A stretch of DNA of 60,392 nucleotides, the filler included, from an uncultured bacterium (lineage in GTDB: Bacteria > Hinthialibacterota > Hinthialibacteria > Hinthialibacterales > Hinthialibacteraceae): the NCBI GenBank assembly GCA_964449065.1. It is 4 parts of 4 records of this genome, joined end to end, with 100 filler letters (N's around TTAATTAATTAA, not from the genome) between each part and the next. Parts side by side here need not be neighbours in the genome. Positions count along the whole stretch, not along the records: positions 1 to 15,137 come from CAYVAZ010000105.1; 3 more parts are not named here. The stretch is one strand, 5' to 3'. This document shows, piece by piece, positions 1 through 8,643 of this stretch. The notes under the pieces were generated by a model. It was given only the letters and a program-made list of their open reading frames with translations. It had not been told where the DNA came from and did not search any database. The first letter of the stretch is position 1. Each line of letters opens with the position of its first letter. The translations under genes were made by a program, and so were the position numbers.

Positions 1-25
1 ATGAGTTAAGAAGGAGTGAATATAA

Positions 26-126
26 TACCGGTTCCATTTTAGATTGCAGCGTAAGTACGGCGATACGCCTCAGCGAAAGAAAGACGTAGCGGTTTCTTTA
101 CTGATCAATCCTAAATAGAATTGGTA
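26..126. mobile_element. Putative ~100-bp TA-ended miniature inverted-repeat element
   Basis: Left end TACCGGTTCCATTTTAGATTG (26-46) vs reverse complement of right end TACCAATTCTATTTAGGATTG (106-126), 16/21 match; related end TACCATTTCCAATTTGGATTG at 51865-51885. Confidence 0.4.
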
Positions 127-170
127 AAAAGAGAAACTCCACCGGCTCAATTCGCACGGCAAAATTCTCA

Positions 171-2174
171 CTATGGATTTAAGCCCAAATACGCCAGAAC
201 CTCCGCTCTCTCCTCTTCAAGCGAATGATCCCGCCCATGCTTGTTGCGGTACCGCCGGATCTGATACAACCGCTCGATGCTGTCCCGCGGCTCATCCAGC
301 GTTTGGATCAACTGCTGGTGCAACTCCGCGTCATCCGGTTTGGCGCTGTGCGCCATCTGCATATACCGCACCGCCTCATCATGCCCGCCGATTTGCTCAT
401 ACAAGTCAGCGAGTTGCAGCAATGCCTCAACGCTTTCATCCCAACCCTGGCGGTGAATCTTCATCGCCAATTCACGGATTTTAGGCAGCGCTTCACTTAC
501 CTGTTTCGCTTTGCTCTCCAATTCTTTGTAATGTTCATTCCCTTCTGCCTCTGCTAAGAGTGCTTCTATTTTTGCGCTCTGTAGAACCGGTAAATCCGTA
601 TGTTCACTTACAACTTCTTCATACCAGGTTCGGGCTTCTTCCAACCGCCCGGTTTGAATCAGATACGCAACAAAAGCCAGCTTCACCGCAGGATCACGGT
701 ATTCTTCCGGAATCGAGGTCATTTCCAAATCCAGGTTATCAAAATCCTCCAACTGAACCTTAGCCCGCAAATAAAACGGCCGCGCCGAAAATTCCGTCAC
801 CCGCGGTTCATCCAATACCTTCACCGCGGTTTCCGCGTCACCTAAAAATTCCAAATAATAAGAACCCAGCATGATATTGTATTGATCCCGCAGCGCCGAA
901 TCTTCATCCAAAGACTCAATCGCGGCCATCAGGTCTTCGGTTTTGCCCTGGACTAACTGCGCTTTAAACAATTGCGTTTGAATGACATCTTGATCGGCTT
1001 TTGAAGCGAGAGGCAGGATTTCCCGGTAGATTTTTTCCGCTTTATTCGCCCGCATCGACTGTTGATAAAATGCCGCTAGATTCATGTTTGCTTGTACCTT
1101 ATCCACCGCTTGCTTGACCGCCTCTTTTAATACCGTTTCCGCTTGCGTATACAATCCCTGTTTTACCGCCAGTTCCGCGCGCAGGGTTGCCGCTTTCAAC
1201 ACTTCCCCCTGCCGTTCCAAATATAGAGCCTCATCCGCGGCCTCAAACCGCTCCTCCATCGCTTGCCGTATCTCCCGCACAATCAGGGCTCCTTCCGGAT
1301 TCCGCATCCGTGCCAGCGATTGCTCCAAATTCGAAAACACCCGCTTATCTTCCGGAATATACGATAAAAACGCCAGATACCTTTTCGCAGCCTCTTCCCA
1401 CCGCCGCAAGCCGGAATAACACAATCCCGCCCGAAACAGCGATTCGCTGTAATAGGCGTCTCCTTCATCCATTTGCGTATACAAATCCAGCGCCTTTTGC
1501 CATTCTTCCTGTTCCTGCCAAATCCGGGCTTGGGTATAACGCAAATAATTCCCGTCATACCCCTGGTTTTTCAACCGATCATAAACAGACTGCGCTTGGG
1601 AGGCCTCGCCAAAATGCAGATACGATTCAATCACTTCATAGAGCGAACGGGTATCATCTGTATGGGTATCAAGGATCGTTTCGCAAACTTCGGCAGACGC
1701 TTCTTTCTCATCCAACCGGGTTAACACCTTTAAATACCGCCGCTGTGTTGCCGGGCCTTCCGGATAGGCCTGATACACCTTTTGCATGGCATCGCGCGCT
1801 TCCAGCAGCCGGTTCATACGAAACGCGATCGTTCCCAGCATGTCCAGTATTTTCAGGTCGTTCGGGTCACGCTTCAGCCAGTCTTCCGCCGCCTGGCGCG
1901 CCGGTTCCAACCGCCCGGCGGAATAACTGTACTCAATTCGCTGATGCGCGTAAGGACGAATTTTCTCGTCCGGCCATCCCATTTCATCCAAGGTAACAAT
2001 GATTTCCCCCATATACGATTCCACCAATGCATGTTGTCCACTCTGTTGGGCCTGTTGAACACGCTCTTGCAGGCGGGTTAAGCGCTCTTGCAGCCGGTCT
2101 GGGATTGCCTGGGCATTCGAAAACAAAACGGGAGCAAGTAAAACAAGCCAAAAATAGCAAAATTTGTTCACCAT
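171..2174 (-). CDS. Secreted tetratricopeptide-repeat (TPR) protein
   Basis: Signal peptide MVNKFCYFWLVLLAPVLFSNAQA, then many TPR-like helical repeats (e.g. LDMLGTIAFRMNRLLEARDAMQKV, LFRAGLCYSGLRRWEEAAKRY); start taken at ATG 2174 rather than the longest-ORF start 2318. Confidence 0.8.
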   Translation of the reverse strand: MVNKFCYFWLVLLAPVLFSNAQAIPDRLQERLTRLQERVQQAQQSGQHALVESYMGEIIVTLDEMGWPDEKIRPYAHQRIEYSYSAGRLEPARQAAEDWLKRDPNDLKILDMLGTIAFRMNRLLEARDAMQKVYQAYPEGPATQRRYLKVLTRLDEKEASAEVCETILDTHTDDTRSLYEVIESYLHFGEASQAQSVYDRLKNQGYDGNYLRYTQARIWQEQEEWQKALDLYTQMDEGDAYYSESLFRAGLCYSGLRRWEEAAKRYLAFLSYIPEDKRVFSNLEQSLARMRNPEGALIVREIRQAMEERFEAADEALYLERQGEVLKAATLRAELAVKQGLYTQAETVLKEAVKQAVDKVQANMNLAAFYQQSMRANKAEKIYREILPLASKADQDVIQTQLFKAQLVQGKTEDLMAAIESLDEDSALRDQYNIMLGSYYLEFLGDAETAVKVLDEPRVTEFSARPFYLRAKVQLEDFDNLDLEMTSIPEEYRDPAVKLAFVAYLIQTGRLEEARTWYEEVVSEHTDLPVLQSAKIEALLAEAEGNEHYKELESKAKQVSEALPKIRELAMKIHRQGWDESVEALLQLADLYEQIGGHDEAVRYMQMAHSAKPDDAELHQQLIQTLDEPRDSIERLYQIRRYRNKHGRDHSLEEERAEVLAYLGLNP

Positions 2175-2401
2175 GAAAATCCTTTTTCTACACATTATTT
2201 CTTGAATCATAGTTGAAAATTTTATCGCTGGAAATAGGAATGAAATAGAGGATAAATCGATTAACGGAATCAAAAACAGCGTCATTTTATTTGAGTGTTT
2301 TCCAGTTTTGCGAACCAAAATAAACTTAAATACCTCATATTACTTGTTTTAAAATATTTCGATTAATTCGTAAAAAAAATGAGAATTTTTAAAAAAACCA
2401 C

Positions 2402-2430
2402 TTGACATGTCTATCGATATTTGAGATTAT
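2402..2430 (+). promoter_or_regulatory. Sigma70-type promoter candidate for 2475..3977
   Basis: TTGACA (2402-2407), 17-nt spacer, GATTAT with upstream TG (extended -10); SD GGAGG at 2461. Confidence 0.5.
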
Positions 2431-2474
2431 ACACCCGCTTAAGAATTTAAATATCTTTTGGGAGGAAGTACAAT

Positions 2475-3977
2475 ATGAAAGTCAAGTCTATAGTACTGTC
2501 TGCATTTTCCATCCTTGCAGCCACAGCAATCACGTCACAAGCACAACTCGGTCTCTTTGATGCCAGCTCCGATATCGATGGTGGAGCATTAGGGGCTGCC
2601 GGTAGTGCGGAGTACGATCCAAACACTGGAACATATACAGTGAATGGTAGTGGTGACGACATTTGGAACGAAGCCGATAGTTTCCACTTCTTGTACAAAT
2701 CATGGAGCGGCGACTTCGATATTCGTGCCCGTATTAACATCGACGGCGGTCTTCCGGAACAAGACTGGATTAAAGCCATGATTATGGCCCGTGAAACAAC
2801 GGATCCCAGTTCCATCAACATCGGTACCCGTGTTCGCCGTGACGGTCAATACAGCACCCAATGGCGTTCCTCTCCTACCGAATGGTCCAGCACACCGGGT
2901 GATCTTCGCGTAACCGGCAAAAACGGGGCCCGTCAGCGCTTCGTACGCCGCGGCGACACATTCGGTACCTATTTCCAAGATGATGGCAGCTCGGAATGGC
3001 AAATCGTTGATGCCAATACCTTGGAGATCAATTCGAATTTGCTGATCGGATTCGCCGTAACTGCCCACGATGAAGGTGAAATTGCAACCGGTACCTTCTC
3101 AGAAGTCTCCATCACCGTTCCTACCGCTCTTTCCGGTGATGTAATTACATTGCAAGAAGGCGTGGATGGCTATGAAGGCACCAAAGATGCCCACATCATC
3201 TCTTGGGATGGCAGCCAAAACCAATTGGGACGTTTGGATGACGGCAGCAATGCCGGCAACGGCACCGAAACCCCCCCTCCTGGCGGCGACCCGCAAAATG
3301 CCGGCGCTCATGAATTTATTGAAGAAGGCGACTTCGGCGGCGGTACCGATGACTCCAAAGTCATTTTGATTGAATTCGATACCTCCGGTGTTGATGCTTC
3401 TAGCGCAAGCCGTTTGTTAAGCGCTCAAATCGGTCTGTACTACAGCCACGAACGCAGTGCCGGTGGCAATGGCGAAGGCCCGACTAATCCGGCGGCCGGT
3501 GACAACAACCCGCATTTAATCAGTGCCCAAATGGTCTTGAAATCATGGGATGAAGGCGATGGCGGTGATGTTGATGCCGGTTCGAACGTTGACGGTGTTG
3601 ATACGCCGGACAATAGCGGCGCGGTCACCTGGAACTCAACCGGTTCTGAATTATGGGAAGCCATCGGCGCCGAAGGGCCTTCCGATGTCGGCCCTGTCAT
3701 CAGCACTACTTTCTTTGATGCTTCCATTCCTGGACATTGGGTTTGGGTGGATGTAACGGATGCTGCAAGAAAATGGATTGCTGATCCAAGCACCAACAAC
3801 GGTGTGAAAATCTCTCAAGAAACCGACAACATTCCGGAAAACCCGCCATCTGTATATGTTGACGGTGCATACAACTTCGTTTCCAGCGATAACGAACAAG
3901 TTAACTTGCGCCCGATCTTGCAGTTGGAATTCATCAACGAATCCAACGTTGGCGATGAGTGGTCACTTTACCGCTAA
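2475..3977 (+). CDS. Secreted acidic protein: N-terminal ConA-like/DUF1349-like beta-sandwich plus DNRLRE-like carbohydrate-binding domain
   Basis: Signal peptide; GSGDDIWNEADSFHFLY...GFAVTAH pattern typical of the lectin-like module; TKDAHI...ILIEFD...VDVTDA...NNG...RPILQLEF pattern typical of DNRLRE domains; SD present. Confidence 0.7.
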   Translation: MKVKSIVLSAFSILAATAITSQAQLGLFDASSDIDGGALGAAGSAEYDPNTGTYTVNGSGDDIWNEADSFHFLYKSWSGDFDIRARINIDGGLPEQDWIKAMIMARETTDPSSINIGTRVRRDGQYSTQWRSSPTEWSSTPGDLRVTGKNGARQRFVRRGDTFGTYFQDDGSSEWQIVDANTLEINSNLLIGFAVTAHDEGEIATGTFSEVSITVPTALSGDVITLQEGVDGYEGTKDAHIISWDGSQNQLGRLDDGSNAGNGTETPPPGGDPQNAGAHEFIEEGDFGGGTDDSKVILIEFDTSGVDASSASRLLSAQIGLYYSHERSAGGNGEGPTNPAAGDNNPHLISAQMVLKSWDEGDGGDVDAGSNVDGVDTPDNSGAVTWNSTGSELWEAIGAEGPSDVGPVISTTFFDASIPGHWVWVDVTDAARKWIADPSTNNGVKISQETDNIPENPPSVYVDGAYNFVSSDNEQVNLRPILQLEFINESNVGDEWSLYR

Positions 3978-3998
3978 AACCAGCAATCGAAACGCATT

Positions 3999-4032
3999 AG
4001 GCCCCGCAACGAGATTCGTTGCGGGGCTTTTT
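3999..4032 (+). terminator. Rho-independent terminator
   Basis: Stem GCCCCGCAACGA / TCGTTGCGGGGC followed by TTTTT, just downstream of the 3977 stop. Confidence 0.85.
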
Positions 4033-4063
4033 ATAATCATTTGATTTTTCGATAAAATAGGGG

Positions 4064-4093
4064 TTGAAACCCACCTATTTGTTGTGTTAGTAT
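4064..4093 (+). promoter_or_regulatory. Promoter candidate for 4128..5255
   Basis: TTGAAA-18 nt-TAGTAT with TG extension; SD GGAGG ~4119-4123. Confidence 0.35.
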
Positions 4094-4127
4094 TAAGTTT
4101 AATTCAAAATATTTTTTGGGAGGATGT

Positions 4128-5255
4128 ATGATGAAAACACCTATTGTAAGCAGTACCTCAGTATTTGGAGCCAGTGCTCTCGCGCTCGCACTCACACTCG
4201 GCAGCACCGCCAACGCGGACCGTGGCGGCTGGGCTGACCCGCCCGGAGGCTGGGAATTTGTCGAAGAATGGCAGGAAATCCCGGAATTTGAAAACGATGA
4301 CAAATGGGATCACAACAACGGCAGTGACGCGTATTCTGGCAATGCAAACACAGAAATCTTTCAAGATTTTGAAGTGTTTATTCGTGAAGGCGAGTTGGTT
4401 GGCGATGTAGTCAGCGTCCAAACCATTGAAGGCGAGGGTGATACCGAAGATGGTTCAACTCCTGCCGCGGATGCTTCCGCGATGAGATTGATCGACCTGG
4501 GTGACCCAAGAGATTTCACCGGCGGAGACCCCAGCGACCGCAAAATCTTCTTCTTAGGAGCGTTGGGTGAACCGGGCGCGTTTGATGACGATCCATTTAT
4601 TGATGGGATCACTTTCGCCGCGCGCTACCGCATCTTTCCCATCGTTCCAGACCCGGATATCGGTGCCGGCTTGGATTTGGTGCAATTGGCGTTAGATCCG
4701 GATGGAGATGGCGTACCGAATGGCGACGGCACTTTACGCTTTATTCCCGAAGCCTCTGACCGTTCGCACGTTGGCGTTGGATATGTTGATCCGGCGTTTC
4801 CAGAACAAAACATGCTGGTTGGCACCGGATACTACTCGGAAGGTACCTTATCCATCTTGGTTAACGATCAAGAAGGCGATGATGGAGATGAAAATGTCCC
4901 GGTATTAGAAGGCATTGATACCACTGCTTTTCATAGCATTTGGGTGAGCGCCCAAGCTGACCCGAATGATCCCGACCTGATCAACGTTCGCGCGTTCGGT
5001 GATGGCAGCACCACACCTGTTGAAGTCACTCTTGTACGCGGACCGAATGCTGTGGACAGACCCAACCCGGAAGACTTGCAAGACAATCCGGAATGGGCTG
5101 GTTTAACCGAATTGGCGTTCAATATCGGCAGCGCCGGGACCCCGGCAGCAGGCGGTTTTGAATACGATTGGATGGTTGCAACCACCGCGGGCGCTTTTGA
5201 TCCGGAATCCGCGGGCGGCGGCACGGAAGTCCACAACTGGGAAATCTTAGACTAG
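4128..5255 (+). CDS. Secreted, very acidic hypothetical protein with a DxDxDG Ca-binding-like motif
   Basis: SD GGGAGG then ATG ATG; signal peptide ending ...STANA; DPDGDGVPNGD motif; Asp/Glu/Gly/Pro-rich. Confidence 0.75.
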   Translation: MMKTPIVSSTSVFGASALALALTLGSTANADRGGWADPPGGWEFVEEWQEIPEFENDDKWDHNNGSDAYSGNANTEIFQDFEVFIREGELVGDVVSVQTIEGEGDTEDGSTPAADASAMRLIDLGDPRDFTGGDPSDRKIFFLGALGEPGAFDDDPFIDGITFAARYRIFPIVPDPDIGAGLDLVQLALDPDGDGVPNGDGTLRFIPEASDRSHVGVGYVDPAFPEQNMLVGTGYYSEGTLSILVNDQEGDDGDENVPVLEGIDTTAFHSIWVSAQADPNDPDLINVRAFGDGSTTPVEVTLVRGPNAVDRPNPEDLQDNPEWAGLTELAFNIGSAGTPAAGGFEYDWMVATTAGAFDPESAGGGTEVHNWEILD

Positions 5256-5360
5256 TAGTCTGTCAATCAAAAATGACGGCTGGTTATCCGTTGTTGCCCC
5301 CCCTTGATAAGGGGGGTAGGGGGGATCGACACCCGTCATTTAATCGTTGACACTTTACTG
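5253..5360. mobile_element. MITE-like element family A (short copy)
   Basis: Imperfect TIRs TAGTAGTCTGTCAATCAAAAATGACGG / CCGTCATTTAATCGTTGACACTTTACTG enclosing CCCCCCCTTGATAAGGGGGG hairpin; ends and core related to 10750-11014. Confidence 0.65.
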
Positions 5361-5457
5361 ACAGAGTCCTAATATCGGGTTGAATTGGGAGGGCAAGTCT
5401 CCCGCCGAGCCACAAAGTTTTCACCTTACCCGACACTTTTTTCCTATCAGTGTACTA
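5356..5457. repeat. Element family B carrying GGGAGGGCRAGKCTCCCGCCGAGCC REP-like core
   Basis: ~100 bp similar to 11013-11118 (shared ...TTTTCACCTTACCCGACAC...); core at 5387-5411. Confidence 0.7.
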
Positions 5458-5495
5458 AATCCAGTTTTTGTTTGACATGTTTTTATGGCGGCGGG

Positions 5496-7037
5496 CTAAA
5501 CAGCCCGCCGTATTGTTTCGGCTTTCCGTCTTATCGCGTGCCGCGTCTCTTCATGCAACCGCGATAGATTGCGCAGCTGCAAACTCATCCGCTGGTTGCC
5601 CGCTAACGTCTTCTCATTGCGCAGCAAAAAATCCCAGTAGAGTGTCGTGAACGGACACGCGTTCTCACCGGTCGATTCCTCCGGTTTATATTTGCATGAC
5701 TTACAATAATTGCTCATCCGGTTGATGTACTTTCCTGTCGCCGCGTATGGCTTGGTCGCCATAATCCCGCCGTCCGCGTACTGCGACATCCCCATCGTGT
5801 TGGGCATTTCTACCCATTCCACCGCGTCCACATACACCGCCAAATACCATTCATGAATCTCTCTCGGATTCACTCCATACAGCAGCGCGAACAATCCCGT
5901 CACCATTAACCGCTGTATATGATGCGCGTAGCCATACTCCAGCGTCTGCCCGATGGCCTGCCGCATGCAATTCATATCCGTTTCCCCCGTCCAGTAAAAT
6001 TCAGGCAGGGATTCGGCCGCGTTCAACGCGTTTTTCTCTGCGTACTCCGGCATATTCATCCAATAAATCCCGCGCACAAACTCTCGCCATCCCAAAATCT
6101 GCCGGATAAATCCTTCCACCGCCGCAATTGCAGCATGACCGTCATGATACGCTTTCTCCGCTTTCTGTATAACATCCCGCGGATTCAACAATTTTAGATT
6201 GAGTGTATACGCTAAAATGGAGTGATGCAGAAACGGCTCATCCGTCCACATCGCGTCTTGGTAATCCCCAAACGATGGCAAGTGATGCTTCATGAAATGA
6301 TTCAGCGCCTTGAACGCATGATTGCGCGTGACCGCAAAGCGAAAATGATTCAACGATCCGGGATGATCCTTGAATTTTGTTTCTACAAGTTTGATAACAA
6401 CTTGGGTAATCTGATCCGGCTCAAAAAATAACGGCTCTTTGATCTTACCGGGGCCTGCTTTTCCGAATGCCTTGCGGTTTTCTTTATCAAAGTTCCATTG
6501 CCCGCCCACCGGTTTGCCGTCTTGCATCAACACATCATGCTTCTTCCGCACTTCCCGGTAAAAAAACTCCATCACAACGCTTTTGCGGGATTGGGCATGT
6601 TCTTCAAATTCATCCGCCGTGCAAAAGAAATGCCTATCGGTGCGGATTTCGAGCGGAATGGACTTCGCATACGCGAACCCTTGCAGCGATTGCTTAACCC
6701 GGTATTCCCCCGGTTCGGTCACGATCAGTGATTTCGGCTTATGCTTGTCCACACAATCCGTTAACGCGTCGGTGAATGATTCATATCGCTTCTTATCATC
6801 AAGTGCGTGATAAAGAACACGAAACCCTTTCCCGTCCAACTGTTCCCGAAAATGCCGCATCGCCGAAAGAAACAAAACAATCCGCGCCTTGTGCGTCCAA
6901 ACGCGCGTGGATTCTTCGGCAGCCTCCGCCATCCAAACGGCATCCTGCTTTGGATCAAATCCGTCAAACGCGGATGACTTCTCATCGAGTTGATCACCCA
7001 ACACCAATACCAAATTCCGAAGCGTCTTTTTGGCCAT
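5496..7037 (-). CDS. Cryptochrome/photolyase family protein, FeS-BCP/(6-4) photolyase-like (COG3046/DPRP)
   Basis: N-terminal LVLVLGDQL; HKARIVLFLSAMRHF; YAHHIQRLMV; C-terminal Cys cluster MSNYCKSCKY...ACPF. Confidence 0.9.
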   Translation of the reverse strand: MAKKTLRNLVLVLGDQLDEKSSAFDGFDPKQDAVWMAEAAEESTRVWTHKARIVLFLSAMRHFREQLDGKGFRVLYHALDDKKRYESFTDALTDCVDKHKPKSLIVTEPGEYRVKQSLQGFAYAKSIPLEIRTDRHFFCTADEFEEHAQSRKSVVMEFFYREVRKKHDVLMQDGKPVGGQWNFDKENRKAFGKAGPGKIKEPLFFEPDQITQVVIKLVETKFKDHPGSLNHFRFAVTRNHAFKALNHFMKHHLPSFGDYQDAMWTDEPFLHHSILAYTLNLKLLNPRDVIQKAEKAYHDGHAAIAAVEGFIRQILGWREFVRGIYWMNMPEYAEKNALNAAESLPEFYWTGETDMNCMRQAIGQTLEYGYAHHIQRLMVTGLFALLYGVNPREIHEWYLAVYVDAVEWVEMPNTMGMSQYADGGIMATKPYAATGKYINRMSNYCKSCKYKPEESTGENACPFTTLYWDFLLRNEKTLAGNQRMSLQLRNLSRLHEETRHAIRRKAETIRRAV

Positions 7038-7042
7038 GTACC

Positions 7043-8539
7043 TTAATCCCGAATTGGGCTGCGCCGGCTCCCATGTTTTTGATACACCTGCTTCGCGTTC
7101 TCTTTCGCTTCCGCCGATCGCTTCCTCGCGTAAATCCTCTGCCGCGCCGATTGATAGGCCTTGCCGTGTTCCACCACCGGTTCAGGATAGTCTTTCCCGA
7201 TGACACACCCGCTCTTTGCTTGTTCATCATGCGGCATTTTATGTGGTTCGGCTATAAACTTCTTGGATACTCCTTCCAACTCAGGAAGATATTGCTTAAT
7301 GAACTCGCCTTCCGGGTCCTGATCCAATACTTGCTTGATCGGCGAGTAAATCCGGATGGCGTTAATCCCGGTCGTGCCCGATTGCATCTGCACCTGGCTG
7401 AAATGAATCCCCGGCTCAAAATCCAAAAAGTGTTTCGCCAAATACAATGCCGTCGGCCGCCAGTGCAGCCACAGATGATACGAGGCGAACGAGACCAGCA
7501 TCGCCCGCATACGAAAGTTGATCCACCCATGCTGGTGCAGCGCGCGCATGCACGCGTCCACCATCGGATATCCTGTCAGTCCGGCGCGGTAGCGTTCATA
7601 CCATTCCTCATTAAACGCGTCTTCCCGCAGGCCGTCATAGGCGCGGCTCATGTTTTCAAATTCAATACGCGGCTCGTCTTCCAACTTTTGCATAAAATGG
7701 CAATGCCAGCGCAGCCGTCCCGCGTAGGATGACAACGACGCCCGCCACCGTGAGTCATACTCATCCTTGTGTTCTTTCACCAACTTCTGTTTTTCCCGTA
7801 CCGCTTGATGAACTTGCTTGATGCTGATGTTGCCGTAGGCCAAATACGTGCTCAACCGGCTGCAACCATCCCACGCCGTCACCGGGCTCGACATATCCTT
7901 GCGGTAATTCACTCCCCGTGCGGACAGAAAACGATCCAGCACTTCATGCGCGGCCGCCTCACCGCCTTGTTGGATGTTCGTTTTCGTGATGGCTCCAAGC
8001 CCCAACTGCTTCAGTGTAAGAACACGTCCTGTTTTGATTGTAGGGGATTGGATGTGTTGAGGTGTTTGGATAATGGGGCGGTTCATGCGCTGGTTCCATT
8101 TTCGCGACCATCCGTCGCGGTCGTTTAACCGCCGAACAACACCCGTTTGCGGATACTCATGCCAAACCAAATTACGCGACGCAACCCATTTTGCCACGCG
8201 CAAATCACGCATATAGGTGATGTGATTCCCGGTTTCTTCGTGGCTCCACACCGCCTCAAAGGGGCATTCGCGGAAGAGTGCTTCAAGCGCATCCGGCATC
8301 CGGCCTCTCCGGATGGTTAAAGTCCCGCCCAGTTGCTGCAATGATTGTTTCAATTCCTTGAGCGATTCGTTGAGAAACATAAAATGCGAGGGATCGGTTT
8401 CTTCGGCCTGTAAGATTTCCTCTTCATACACATACAGCATTATACACGGACCGCGCTGCGAGGCTTCCCAAAGCGGCCGGTGATCCCGAATCCGCAAATC
8501 CCGCTTAAACCAAACCAGTTGTACAGCCATTCGTCTCAT
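7043..8539 (-). CDS. Deoxyribodipyrimidine photolyase family (DNA photolyase + FAD-binding domains)
   Basis: LVWFKRDLR.RDH; CSRLSTYLAYG; TGYPMVDACMRAL...GWINFRMRAM; DFEPGIH. Confidence 0.9.
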   Translation of the reverse strand: MRRMAVQLVWFKRDLRIRDHRPLWEASQRGPCIMLYVYEEEILQAEETDPSHFMFLNESLKELKQSLQQLGGTLTIRRGRMPDALEALFRECPFEAVWSHEETGNHITYMRDLRVAKWVASRNLVWHEYPQTGVVRRLNDRDGWSRKWNQRMNRPIIQTPQHIQSPTIKTGRVLTLKQLGLGAITKTNIQQGGEAAAHEVLDRFLSARGVNYRKDMSSPVTAWDGCSRLSTYLAYGNISIKQVHQAVREKQKLVKEHKDEYDSRWRASLSSYAGRLRWHCHFMQKLEDEPRIEFENMSRAYDGLREDAFNEEWYERYRAGLTGYPMVDACMRALHQHGWINFRMRAMLVSFASYHLWLHWRPTALYLAKHFLDFEPGIHFSQVQMQSGTTGINAIRIYSPIKQVLDQDPEGEFIKQYLPELEGVSKKFIAEPHKMPHDEQAKSGCVIGKDYPEPVVEHGKAYQSARQRIYARKRSAEAKENAKQVYQKHGSRRSPIRD

Positions 8540-8643
8540 TCGATGATTGTGTTATGACCGAATGCTACTCACTCAATTTCATTGTACAAGAACATGCAAA
8601 TAAGGAATCTTGGTGATTTCTGTGAGCAAATGTCTGATTCAGC

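Noticed and set aside
6776..7732. Long antisense ORFs (e.g. 6776..7732, 1187..1996, 11351..12178, 27069..27935, 50872..51630, 56842..57612)
   Set aside because: Shadow ORFs opposite well-supported genes, with no recognisable motifs
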